DNA of 64,000 nucleotides, from assembly GCA_947444195.1 (NCBI GenBank), contig CANEZL010000007.1, positions 4,235 to 68,234 of the forward strand. Direction: 5' to 3'. Made by a program: the position numbers and the translations under genes. Below, in pieces: positions 52,436 to 61,566 of the stretch; positions within the stretch are counted from its first letter, which is position 1; every line of letters begins with the position of its first letter. The stretch comes from Methylobacteriaceae bacterium (lineage in GTDB: Bacteria; Pseudomonadota; Alphaproteobacteria; Rhizobiales; Beijerinckiaceae). The notes below the pieces were generated by a model. The model was not told the origin of the DNA, did not search any database, and saw nothing but the letters and a program-made list of their open reading frames with translations.

Positions 52436-53110
52436 ATGGGTCTGCTCGATTCGGTGATCGGCGGCGTGCTCGGTCAGGTGCTCGGCGGCGGGCAGCGGGG
52501 GGGCGCAGGCGGCGCCATGTCGCCCCTGGTCAAGGCGCTCCTCATGCTGCTCCTCGCCAAGGGCGCGAGCGGCGGCTTCGGCGACATTTTTGGGCGCGGC
52601 CATGGCGGGGAACCCGGCCCCGAGGCCGACCGGTCGGACCGCTCCCCCGGCGCCGGCCCCTACGGCCGCGACGGCACCGGCGGCTGGGACCAGGACGGCG
52701 CCCGCCGCGACGCCCCGCTGCCCCCCGGCGATTTCAGCGATCTCTCCGGCATGCTCGACGGCCCCGGCGGCCCCGACCGCTCCCCCGGCGCCGGCCCCTA
52801 CGCCCATCTCGACCACGAACAGGGCGAGCGGCCCGATCTCGGCGGCCTCGACGGGCTGATCGACGGCTTCCGCAAGGGCGGCCTCGGCGAGGTGATCGAG
52901 TCCTGGATCGGCCCCGGCCAGAACCACCCCGTCCAGCCGAACCAACTCGCCCAGGCGCTCGGCCCCGACACCATCGACACCCTGGAGCGTGCCACGGGGA
53001 TGAACCGCGACACGCTGCTCGCCCAACTCGCCCAGGTGCTCCCGCAGGTGATCGACGGGCTCACGCCACAGGGACGGGTGCCGGGTGAGGGGGAGCGACG
53101 GGGGTGGTGA
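52436..53110 (+). CDS. YidB/DUF937-family protein with an internal low-complexity insertion
   Basis: MGLLDSVIGG, GLDGLIDGFRKGGLGEVIESWIGPGQNHPV, LAQVLPQVIDGLTPQG. Confidence 0.85.
   Translation: MGLLDSVIGGVLGQVLGGGQRGGAGGAMSPLVKALLMLLLAKGASGGFGDIFGRGHGGEPGPEADRSDRSPGAGPYGRDGTGGWDQDGARRDAPLPPGDFSDLSGMLDGPGGPDRSPGAGPYAHLDHEQGERPDLGGLDGLIDGFRKGGLGEVIESWIGPGQNHPVQPNQLAQALGPDTIDTLERATGMNRDTLLAQLAQVLPQVIDGLTPQGRVPGEGERRGW
52637..52802 (+). repeat. 28-bp perfect direct repeat inside the yidB-like gene (encodes DRSPGAGPY twice)
   Basis: GACCGCTCCCCCGGCGCCGGCCCCTACG at 52637-52664 and 52775-52802. Confidence 0.85.
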
Positions 53111-53402
53111 AAATTTTTTAAGTCAAATAAGTTGTCTCCTAAATATTTTGGTTCCTACGCGCGCTATCATTTTGCGGCGTAATTTATTGGGGTTAATTTT
53201 TCACATGCAGATATATTTTGGGCGATCTTATATTAATCAAGATGTATCGGTATCTGTATTATCGTGATTTGAGATTCCACCATGCAGTAAATCCTAATTT
53301 CTGCCTCCCAGTTGCATTTTTGCTTCAACGTAAGCCTATTCGAAATCAACCTAAGGCAGTAACTTGCGCTCGTAGGCGTGAGGCGCGTTAGGGAGAGCAA
53401 TT

Positions 53403-54779
53403 ATGCCATTAAGTGAATTTCTTATACAAGAGCTAAATCTCGATTTGCTGAATATTCGCATTGGAAGGCAAACAGATCAAAGATCAGCAATCCAGGCGAT
53501 GATCGCGGATCAAAAGCAAAAGCTCGTAAATTTGGCTTTGGACATAATTGATATGGGCGGCCTTAGTCCGGGCGAACCCATTTGGGTCACTGTGGATACA
53601 GACAATCCTGGCAAACAGATTGTCCTCGAAGGTAACAGGAGAATTGCTGCTTTAAAAATCATGGAGAATCCTAGATTGGCCGAAGGAACAGAAGTATACA
53701 CTTCATTCGTCCAGCTTGGAAAAGACTTTACTGAAAAACCCATTCGTAAAATTGAGGGTCAAGTGTTTGCTTCCCGTGAAGAAGCTTGGCCTTGGATAGA
53801 GCGAAGGCATATGGGCGCGGCATCAGGAGTCGCGCTCCAGAGATGGCGTTCGCTTGCCAAAGAGCGTTCTCGCGCCGGTGGAACCGGATCGGTTCGGCGC
53901 TCTCTTTTGGTGCTCGACTTCCTCGACGACGGCACAGACGAATTTGGTGATGTTGGCGATGTTATTGAAGCCAAATCAACTACGGTAGATCGTGTTTTAA
54001 ATAATCCGAACATAAAAGATCTGCTAGGAATCACGATCAATAGAACAGATCGTAAAATATCATTCGACAATGGGGATGAATTAGCGGGCCGCAGGCTCTT
54101 ACGTAATTTGATCGCGGAGATGGCAAAACCCGATTTTAAGTTTAGCAAGATTAGAGATGAAACAGACAGATTGAATTTTATCCGCGGGTTTGCAGATCAA
54201 TCAGTGCATGGGAGCGGTACTGCAGAAAATCCTGAAACAAAAAGTCCGGCCCCCCAAGAAATGCCTCAGTCAACTTCATCGCGGAAATCACGTTTAACCG
54301 ATCCTATTCGGAGCACGCTTGCGCCTCGAACAGGACCTCGCACAATTGCAAACGTTCAGGGGCTTCGTCTGAATAGAATTTATCGTGAGTGCCGCGAAAT
54401 AAAGCTTGATGGCAATGAGAACGCCGCTGCATTTTTATTACGCGTGTTCTTAGAGTTGAGTAGCGAAGCTTTTCTTATAGAAAAATCTATATCGATACCG
54501 GCCAAACATTCTGGCAAGAAGGTGTATTGGGGTGAATTTGGAATAACTTTAGAAGATAAAATCAACGCGGTAATGCCGATTATAGATACGACGCCGAAAA
54601 CTAAACAACAGCTCAAACCTGCACGGATCGCGATTGCAGATAAAGAGCGAGAAGGGTCAATCGATACGCTGCATGCATATCTTCATAATCTCAATCTGAC
54701 ACCATCTCCTGAGGCTCTGCGGGCAGCCTGGGACACGTGGGAAATGTATCTCACTTTGCTTCACACGGCTCGCCGCTAG
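53403..54779 (+). CDS. ParB/Srx-like N-terminal domain protein with a putative HEPN-like C-terminal domain
   Basis: L.LD..N.R...LA.DI...G..P.E..V...IVLEGNRRIAALK (ParB/Srx motif); C-terminal NAAAFLLRVFLELS...SIDTLHAYLHN...WD. Confidence 0.7.
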   Translation: MPLSEFLIQELNLDLLNIRIGRQTDQRSAIQAMIADQKQKLVNLALDIIDMGGLSPGEPIWVTVDTDNPGKQIVLEGNRRIAALKIMENPRLAEGTEVYTSFVQLGKDFTEKPIRKIEGQVFASREEAWPWIERRHMGAASGVALQRWRSLAKERSRAGGTGSVRRSLLVLDFLDDGTDEFGDVGDVIEAKSTTVDRVLNNPNIKDLLGITINRTDRKISFDNGDELAGRRLLRNLIAEMAKPDFKFSKIRDETDRLNFIRGFADQSVHGSGTAENPETKSPAPQEMPQSTSSRKSRLTDPIRSTLAPRTGPRTIANVQGLRLNRIYRECREIKLDGNENAAAFLLRVFLELSSEAFLIEKSISIPAKHSGKKVYWGEFGITLEDKINAVMPIIDTTPKTKQQLKPARIAIADKEREGSIDTLHAYLHNLNLTPSPEALRAAWDTWEMYLTLLHTARR

Positions 54780-54836
54780 TGCTGGCCAGCATGCAATAAA
54801 ATCGCTAGATGCTTGGTCGAGTCTGGAGACCCACAG

Positions 54837-55691
54837 ATGTTTGATAGCCCGCTACGATACCCTGGGGGCAAGGGGCGGCTTACGCAATATGTTATTGATT
54901 TGATTGAAATGAATGATTTAGGGGGAGGGCATTATGTGGAAACGTATGCTGGGGGTGCCGGCATAGCTGTCACGCTTCTGTATCTAGAATATGTGTCTCA
55001 CGTCCATCTCAATGATATAGATAAGGCTGTATATTCATTTTGGAAGGCGGCCATTGAGAGTACGGATAGTTTTGTAAAGCTTATCCATGAGACTCCACTA
55101 AATATAGATGAAAGACTACGACAGAAAGCGATATATAAGGACTGCAATTCAAGTTTTCTGGATTTAGGATTTGCTACGTTTTACCTTAATCGCACTAACC
55201 GCTCAGGCATTATACACGGCGGTGTGATTGGCGGAAGCAAACAGGATGGCGTTTACAAGATAGATGCTCGTTTTAATAGGAAAGAACTTGCTCGTCGTGT
55301 CGAGAAGCTAGCTAGTTATAAATCGCGCATAAGTTTATACAATAAAGACGCGGCAGATATAATTGCTTGTGATCTGTCCAATATTCCAAAAAAAACATTG
55401 GTTTATCTGGACCCGCCATACTACGCCAACGGAAGTAGACTTTACAGAAACACCTACAAGCATAAAGACCATGCACAAATAGCCGATTTGACGCGCACTA
55501 TTGAGCAGCCCTGGATTGTCTCGTATGATGACGCTCCGGAAGTATGCAGTTTATATAAGGAATATCGACAACAAAAATTCGGCCTTGGATATTCCGCTAA
55601 TTCTAGATACAAAGGTACTGAAGTTATGATCTACAGCGATCAGGTGAAAATACCAGGCCTTGTAGAGCCTTTTAGAGGTTTTGCAGCCTAA
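54837..55691 (+). CDS. Dam/D12-class N6-adenine DNA methyltransferase
   Basis: SPLRYPGGKGRL (motif X), YVETYAGGAG (I), LNDID (II), FYLNRTNRSG, VYLDPPYY (IV), WIVSYD; GGAG RBS before ATG 54837. Confidence 0.93.
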   Translation: MFDSPLRYPGGKGRLTQYVIDLIEMNDLGGGHYVETYAGGAGIAVTLLYLEYVSHVHLNDIDKAVYSFWKAAIESTDSFVKLIHETPLNIDERLRQKAIYKDCNSSFLDLGFATFYLNRTNRSGIIHGGVIGGSKQDGVYKIDARFNRKELARRVEKLASYKSRISLYNKDAADIIACDLSNIPKKTLVYLDPPYYANGSRLYRNTYKHKDHAQIADLTRTIEQPWIVSYDDAPEVCSLYKEYRQQKFGLGYSANSRYKGTEVMIYSDQVKIPGLVEPFRGFAA

Positions 55692-55763
55692 AAATCTAAA
55701 GTTTCATGTATGTATTTTATATTCTGTGAATATTATTGAAAATCCGACTGGTGATGCGCCGGG

Positions 55764-57023
55764 TTACACCCGCCGCATCACCAGCGACGCATTCGTCCCG
55801 CCAAACCCAAACGAGTTCGACAAAGCCACGTCCACCCGCTTGCGCTTGGCCTCGTGCGGCACGAGGTCGATCTTGGTCTCGACGCTGGGGTTGTCGAGGT
55901 TGAGCGTCGGCGGGAGGACGCCGTCGCGGATGGTGAGGATGGAGAAGATCGCCTCCACGGAGCCGGCGGCGCCCAGCAGGTGGCCGATGGCCGACTTGGT
56001 GGAGGACATGGAGGCTTGTGGAGCCGCGTCGCCGAGCAGGCGCTCCACGGCCTTCAGCTCCAATTCGTCGCCCATGGGCGTCGAGGTGCCGTGGGCGTTG
56101 ATGTAGTCGATCTGGGACGGGTCGATGCCCGCGCGCTTCACGGCGGCGCTCATGCAGCGGAAGGCGCCGTCCCCGTCCGGCGAGGGGGAGGTGATGTGGT
56201 AGGCGTCCCCCGAGAGGCCGTAGCCGATGATCTCGGCGTAGATCTTGGCGCCGCGGGCCTTGGCGTGCGCGTACTCCTCCAGCACCACGATGCCGGCGCC
56301 CTCGCCCATGACGAAGCCGTCGCGGTCGCGGTCGTAGGGGCGCGAGGCCTGGACCGGGCGGTCGTTGAAGCCGGTGGACAGCGCCCGGCAGGCGGCGAAG
56401 CCCGCCAGCGACAGGCGGTTCACGGGGGATTCCGCGCCGCCCGCCACCATCACGTCCGCGTCGCCGAAGGCGATGAGGCGGGCCGCGTCGCCGATGGCGT
56501 GGGCGCCGGTGGAGCAGGCGGTGACGACCGCGTGGTTCGGGCCCTTCAGCCCGTGGGCGATGGAGATCTGCCCCGAGGCGAGGTTGATGATGCGGCCGGG
56601 GATGAAGAAGGGCGAGACCCGGCGCGGGCCCTTCTCGTGCAGGGTGATCGAGGCGTCGTAGATGCCGCCGATGCCGCCGATGCCGGAGCCCACGAGCACG
56701 CCCGTGGCGCACTGGTCCTCATGGGAGGTCGGGTGCCAGTCGGCGTCGTCCAGCGCCTCCTTGGCGGCGGCGATGGCGTAGACGATGAAGGGATCGACCT
56801 TGCGCTGCTCCTTCACCTCCATCGCCGCGTCGGGGTTGAAGGTGCCGTTCGTGCCGTCGCCGAGGGGAATCTGGCAGGCGATCTTGCAGGCGAGATCGTC
56901 GGTCTCGAAGGAGGAGACCCGGGCCGCGCCGCTGTCCCCGGCGATCAGACGGCTCCAGACGTGCTCGACACCGCTGCCGAGCGGCGTGACCATGCCCAGA
57001 CCCGTGACGACCACACGCCGCAT
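55764..57023 (-). CDS. fabF: Beta-ketoacyl-ACP synthase II
   Basis: MRRVVVTGLG, VTACSTGAHAIG, YINAHGTST, KSAIGHLLGAAG, SNSFGFGGTN. Confidence 0.97.
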   Translation of the reverse strand: MRRVVVTGLGMVTPLGSGVEHVWSRLIAGDSGAARVSSFETDDLACKIACQIPLGDGTNGTFNPDAAMEVKEQRKVDPFIVYAIAAAKEALDDADWHPTSHEDQCATGVLVGSGIGGIGGIYDASITLHEKGPRRVSPFFIPGRIINLASGQISIAHGLKGPNHAVVTACSTGAHAIGDAARLIAFGDADVMVAGGAESPVNRLSLAGFAACRALSTGFNDRPVQASRPYDRDRDGFVMGEGAGIVVLEEYAHAKARGAKIYAEIIGYGLSGDAYHITSPSPDGDGAFRCMSAAVKRAGIDPSQIDYINAHGTSTPMGDELELKAVERLLGDAAPQASMSSTKSAIGHLLGAAGSVEAIFSILTIRDGVLPPTLNLDNPSVETKIDLVPHEAKRKRVDVALSNSFGFGGTNASLVMRRV

Positions 57024-57049
57024 CGCTCAATCCCGTCCGCGAATCCAAA

Positions 57050-57100
57050 AACGAATAACGGCGCGCGGGGCGAAAATGCCCCGTCCGCGCCGCACTTTTT
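57050..57100. terminator. Hairpin between acpP and fabF with T-tracts on both strands
   Basis: GCGCG-CGGGGC-GAAAAT-GCCCCG-TC-CGCGC flanked by TTTTT runs. Confidence 0.5.
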
Positions 57101-57121
57101 CGAGGGTCGAACCCCGCGCCC

Positions 57122-57361
57122 TCAGGCGGCGGTGTTCTTCTCCAGGAACTTCACGGCGTCGCCCACCGTCTGGATGGTCTCGGCGGCGTCGTCCGGGATC
57201 TCGACGTTGAACTCCTCCTCGAACGCCATCACGAGCTCGACGGTGTCGAGGCTGTCGGCGCCGAGGTCGTCGATGAAGTTGGCGCTCTCGACCACCTTCT
57301 CGGGCTCGACGCCCAGGTGCTCGACGACGATCTTCTTCACGCGCTCAGCGATATCGCTCAT
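57122..57361 (-). CDS. acpP: Acyl carrier protein
   Basis: [32 protein letters not shown]. Confidence 0.98.
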   Translation of the reverse strand: MSDIAERVKKIVVEHLGVEPEKVVESANFIDDLGADSLDTVELVMAFEEEFNVEIPDDAAETIQTVGDAVKFLEKNTAA

Positions 57362-57625
57362 CGTTTCCGGTCCTCGTCTTCTTGTCTTCGTCGTGTTGAG
57401 TGGTGAAGGCGTGTCGAGCCTCGGAGGCCCTGCCGAACCGGCGGAGCGCCTGCACGGAGCGTCGAGGCCCGCGCAAACACTCCCCATGCCCGCGGGGATG
57501 TTTGGACTGGTATCCCGCTGAGCCGTCAACCCCTTGCCCGGCTGGGGCGGGTGTTAACACAGGGTTCCCGCCCTGGCGAGGGGCGGTTCAGGGGCCGTTC
57601 ATCCGCATTCGCGCGGGTGTTGTCG

Positions 57626-58363
57626 TCAGACCATGGCCATGCCGCCGTTGACGTGGAGCGTCTGCCCGGTGACGTAGGCGGCCTCGTCGGAGGCGAGGTA
57701 GACCACCGCCGCGCCGATCTCGGCGCCGGTGCCGAGGCGGCCCGCGGGCACCCGGCCGAGGATGCCCTCGCGCTGCTTCTCGTTCAGCACGTCGGTCATG
57801 GGCGAGGTGATGAAGCCGGGGCTGACGCAGTTCACGGTGACGTTGCGGGAGGCGACCTCCGCCGCGAGCGCCTTGGTGAGGCCGACGAGCCCGGCTTTCG
57901 CCGCCGCGTAGTTGCCCTGGCCGGGATTGCCGGTGGTGCCCACCACCGAGCCGATATTGACGATGCGGCCGGCACGGCGGCGCATCATGCCCTTCACGGC
58001 CGCCCGCGAGAGGCGGAAGGCGGCGGTGAGGTTCACCGCGAGCACCTGATCCCACTCCTCGTCCTTCATGCGCAGGAAGAGGTTGTCGCGGGTGATGCCG
58101 GCATTGTTGACGAGGATGTCGAGGCCGCCGAGCGCCGATTCCGCGGCCGGGACCAGCGCCTCGACCGAGGCGGCCTCGCCAAGGTTGGCCGGCACCACGT
58201 GGGCGCGCGCGCCGAGTTCAGTGGCGAGGCTCTCCAGGGCCTCGGCCCGGGTGCCGGAGAGGGCGACGCTCGCCCCCTGCGCGTGCAGCGCCCGGGCGAT
58301 GGCGTTGCCGAGGCCGCCCGTGGCGCCGGTGACGAGGGCCTTGCGGCCGCTGAGGTCGAACAT
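57626..58363 (-). CDS. fabG: 3-oxoacyl-ACP reductase
   Basis: ALVTGATGGLG, LVNNAGITRD, NYAAAKAG, VNCVSPGFI. Confidence 0.96.
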   Translation of the reverse strand: MFDLSGRKALVTGATGGLGNAIARALHAQGASVALSGTRAEALESLATELGARAHVVPANLGEAASVEALVPAAESALGGLDILVNNAGITRDNLFLRMKDEEWDQVLAVNLTAAFRLSRAAVKGMMRRRAGRIVNIGSVVGTTGNPGQGNYAAAKAGLVGLTKALAAEVASRNVTVNCVSPGFITSPMTDVLNEKQREGILGRVPAGRLGTGAEIGAAVVYLASDEAAYVTGQTLHVNGGMAMV

Positions 58364-58383
58364 GCGGGTTCCGTCCTGTCTGT

Positions 58384-59319
58384 TCAGAGCGCGAAGGCGG
58401 CCACGTCCTCGGGGGTGCCCACCGTCGCGGCCGTGGCGCCGGGGGCGATCCGCTTGACGAGGCCGCTGAGCACCTTGCCCGAGCCGACCTCGTGGAAACT
58501 GGTGACGCCCGCGGCCGCCATGGCGGCCACGCTCTCGCGCCAGCGCACGGTGCCGGTGACCTGGGCCACGAGGTTCTCGCGGATCGCCGCCGGATCGGTG
58601 ACGGGGGCCGCCGTCACGTTGGCGTAGAGGGGCACAGAGGGCGCCTTCAGGGGCACGCTGGCCAGCGCAGCCCGCATGGCCTCGGCGGCGGGCGCCATCA
58701 GCCGGCAGTGGAAGGGGGCGGAGACGTTGAGCATCACCGCGCGCTTGATGCCGCGGCCCTGCGCGATCGCCACCGCGCGCTCCACCGCCGCCCGGTGGCC
58801 GGAGAGCACGACCTGGCCGCCGCCGTTGTCGTTGGCCACGTCGCAGACCTCGGCCCCCGCAGCCTCCTCGGCGATGGCGTGGGCCGCCTCGATCTCGGCG
58901 CCGATCAGCGCGGCCATGGCGCCGGCGCCGGGCTGGACGGCCTCCTGCATGGCCTCGCCCCGGATGCGCAGGAGCCGGGCGGCGTCGGCCACCGTCAGGC
59001 TGCCGCCGGCGGCGAGGGCCGCGTACTCGCCCAGCGAGTGGCCGGCGAGGCAGGCGACGTCGCGGGCGATGTCGAGGCCGCGCTCGGCCTCCAGCACGCG
59101 CAAGGCCGCGAGGCTCGCCGCCATCAGGGCGGGCTGGGCGTTGGCGGTGAGGGTCAGCTCCTCGGCGGGGCCCTCGAACATCAGCCGGGACAGGTTCTGG
59201 CCGAGCGCCGCGTCGACCTTCTCGAACACGGCGCGCGCCTGCGGGAAGCCCTCGGCCAGGGCCTTGCCCATGCCCACCGCTTGGCTGCCTTGCCCCGGAA
59301 AGATGAGTGCGCGCGCCAT
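58384..59319 (-). CDS. fabD: Malonyl-CoA:ACP transacylase
   Basis: FPGQGSQ, NAQPAL, GHSLGEY, VSAPFH, VRWRES, EVGSGKVL. Confidence 0.96.
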   Translation of the reverse strand: MARALIFPGQGSQAVGMGKALAEGFPQARAVFEKVDAALGQNLSRLMFEGPAEELTLTANAQPALMAASLAALRVLEAERGLDIARDVACLAGHSLGEYAALAAGGSLTVADAARLLRIRGEAMQEAVQPGAGAMAALIGAEIEAAHAIAEEAAGAEVCDVANDNGGGQVVLSGHRAAVERAVAIAQGRGIKRAVMLNVSAPFHCRLMAPAAEAMRAALASVPLKAPSVPLYANVTAAPVTDPAAIRENLVAQVTGTVRWRESVAAMAAAGVTSFHEVGSGKVLSGLVKRIAPGATAATVGTPEDVAAFAL

Positions 59320-59408
59320 GCTCGTGCCGTCGTTCCACCGTCTCGGAAAGGGACGGCGCACTCGCATCGCGGGGCGGTGAAGTCAATCTTGCGGCGCGAA
59401 ACGGCCCC

Positions 59409-59452
59409 GCCGAGCCGCAGCCAAGTCGCGGCCAAGTCGCGGCCAAGCCGCA
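59409..59452. repeat. Tandem 11-bp repeat (GCCAAGTCGCG) x4 in the divergent fabD promoter
   Basis: Two perfect and two degenerate units. Confidence 0.7.
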
Positions 59453-59548
59453 TGGGACTTGCGCGAACCGCCCGCAAAGGCCGCCGCGCTGTCCCAGAAC
59501 GTTCCAGAACGGAACGTTCAGCCGCGGAGACCGAGGAGCCGTCCCGCG

Positions 59549-60805
59549 ATGAAGCAGCTCGATACCCCCGACCCTGTCCCGGAAGCGGACGCCCCCCCCG
59601 CCGACCGGGGCGCCGCCGCCGACACGCCCTATGACATTCTCGTGATCGGCGCCGGCATCGCCGGCCTCAGCCTCGCCGCCGCGGTGGCGCGCGAGGGCCG
59701 CCGCGTGCTGCTGGTGGCCGCCCGCGACGCGCATCCCCGGGAGTTCCGGGCCGAGAAGTTCTCGGGCCACGAGATGGACATCCTCGACCGCCTCGGCCTC
59801 GGCGCCGGCGCGCGCACGGTGGCCACCGAGATCCAGACCGTGGTCGAGGGCCGCTGGGGCCGGCTCATCAAGCGCGTGCCCTCGCGGGAATACGCGGTGC
59901 GCTATCCCGACTTCGTGGACGCGGTGCGCGCCGTGCTCCCGCCGACGGTGGAGAGCGTGACCGGCCGCGTGGTCGAGACCGAGACGGGCGCCGACCGGCA
60001 GACCCTCGTGCTCGCGGACGGACGGCGCTACACGGGGCGGCTCCTCGTGGTGGCCACCGGGCTCGGCGAGACGATGCTGCGCGCGCTCGGCTTCGAGCGG
60101 CGCACGGTGAGCCGCGATCACGCCCTGGTCTACGGCTTCAACACCGCCTGCAGCTACGCGGTCTTCGCGGGCGAGCAGCTGATCTGGAACGCGGAGGCCG
60201 GCGGCGACGGCGTGGCCTACCTGACGCTGTTCCCCCTCGGCACCACGATCCGCGCCAACCTGTTCACCTACTGGCCGAAGGGGAGCGCGGCCGCTGAGGC
60301 CTTCATCGCCGACCCCTCCGGCACGCTCGCCCGGCTGATGCCGGGGCTGACCAAGACCTTCGGCCGGATCGAGGCCGTGAGCAGCCTCCAGCAGCGGCCG
60401 ATCGACATCGTGGAGATCAGCAACCCCGTGCGCGACGGCGTGGTGGTGATCGGCGACGCCTTCTGCACCACCTGCCCCGGCTGGGGCACCGGCATCACCA
60501 AGGCCCTGTCCGACGTGATGGTGCTCAACCGGCTGCTGCCGGGCTGGCTCGAGACCCCCGGCATGGGATCGGCGAAGATCGCGGCCTACTACGCCGATCT
60601 GGAGAAGAAGACGGCGGACGAGGCCTCGGTGGGCAAGAGCCTGCGCCTGCGCCGGATGAAGATGGACCGCGATCTCGCCTCGCGCTTCATCAGCATCCGC
60701 AGCACCGTGTACCGGCGCGGGGAGCAGGCCCTCAAGGACGCGGCCGCCGCCCTGCGCCGCCTCGCCGAGCGCGTCCGGCCGGGCGCGCCCGCCCAGAACG
60801 CCTGA
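59549..60805 (+). CDS. FAD-dependent oxidoreductase/monooxygenase (UbiH-like fold)
   Basis: [36 protein letters not shown]. Confidence 0.8.
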   Translation: MKQLDTPDPVPEADAPPADRGAAADTPYDILVIGAGIAGLSLAAAVAREGRRVLLVAARDAHPREFRAEKFSGHEMDILDRLGLGAGARTVATEIQTVVEGRWGRLIKRVPSREYAVRYPDFVDAVRAVLPPTVESVTGRVVETETGADRQTLVLADGRRYTGRLLVVATGLGETMLRALGFERRTVSRDHALVYGFNTACSYAVFAGEQLIWNAEAGGDGVAYLTLFPLGTTIRANLFTYWPKGSAAAEAFIADPSGTLARLMPGLTKTFGRIEAVSSLQQRPIDIVEISNPVRDGVVVIGDAFCTTCPGWGTGITKALSDVMVLNRLLPGWLETPGMGSAKIAAYYADLEKKTADEASVGKSLRLRRMKMDRDLASRFISIRSTVYRRGEQALKDAAAALRRLAERVRPGAPAQNA

Positions 60806-60843
60806 TCCGATCCCGGCCCCGGTGCCGAGCGGGGCCGGGGCCG

Positions 60844-61566
60844 CTACCCCTCGTTGAAGAAGTCGACGCTGCCGGTGTCGAGGCTGTAGGCGGCACCCAC
60901 CGCCCGGAGCCGGCCGGCCTTCAGGGGATCGAGGAGGGCGGGCTCGGAGGCCGTGCGCAGGCGGTCGACGATGCGGTCGACATTGGCCCGCACCGCGTTC
61001 TCCACGAAGTCGCCCGGCTTGTCGCGCACCGAGAGCGCGGCGGGCACGATCGGCTCGACCATCCGGCCGATGGCGCCGGGGAACTGGGCGTTGTCCTTGA
61101 CCACGCTGCAGGCGGCCGCCACGGCGCCGCAGCGGCTGTGGCCCATCACCAGGATCAGGGGCACGCCGAGTTGCGAGACGGCGTACTCGATGGAGCCGAG
61201 GGCGACGGTGTCGATGGTGTTGCCGGCATTGCGCACGATGAACAGCTCGCCGAGGCCGCGCCCGAACAGGATCTCCGGGGAGACGCGGGAATCGGAGCAG
61301 CTCACCAGCACGCAGAACGGGGTCTGCCCGAGGGCGATCTCGATGCGCCGCTCGCGGCCCTGCACGGCGCGCACCGGCGAATCGGTGGCGAACCCCCGGT
61401 TGCCGTCCTTCAGGGCCTGGAGGGCCTCGTCCGGGCTCATGCTGGTGCGCTTGGACGAGGGCGCGGCGGCGCGGGCGGACCCCGGCAGCGCGGTGGCCGC
61501 GAAGGCCGCCGCGCCCATGTGGCAGGCGCAGCCGAGAAGGGCGCGGCGGCTCGGACGCTCGATCAT
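60844..61566 (-). CDS. Beta-class carbonic anhydrase with a Tat signal
   Basis: SRRALLG leader; [20 protein letters not shown] zinc ligands. Confidence 0.92.
   Translation of the reverse strand: MIERPSRRALLGCACHMGAAAFAATALPGSARAAAPSSKRTSMSPDEALQALKDGNRGFATDSPVRAVQGRERRIEIALGQTPFCVLVSCSDSRVSPEILFGRGLGELFIVRNAGNTIDTVALGSIEYAVSQLGVPLILVMGHSRCGAVAAACSVVKDNAQFPGAIGRMVEPIVPAALSVRDKPGDFVENAVRANVDRIVDRLRTASEPALLDPLKAGRLRAVGAAYSLDTGSVDFFNEG

Larger units (their letters stand above)
53111..55750. mobile_element. AT-rich horizontally acquired island (no integrase or transposase)
   Basis: Abrupt GC drop (sampled 60-mers at 53161 and 54001 are 35% and 32% GC versus about 70% or more in the flanks), foreign codon usage, TGGTGA at both borders. 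Confidence 0.9.

Noticed and set aside
53085-54616. Short ORFs in and over the AT-rich island (53085-53267, 53510-53743, 53759-54148, 54380-54616, also 55681-56106)
   Set aside because: They cross junctions or are antisense to the main genes, with no RBS or motif support.
54837-55691. Assigning GATC specificity to the island methyltransferase
   Set aside because: D12-class enzymes have varied targets, and specificity cannot be read from the motifs seen.
59497-59519. Alphaproteobacterial LexA box
   Set aside because: Needs GAAC-N7-GAAC or GTTC-N7-GTTC; observed spacings are 6 and 11.
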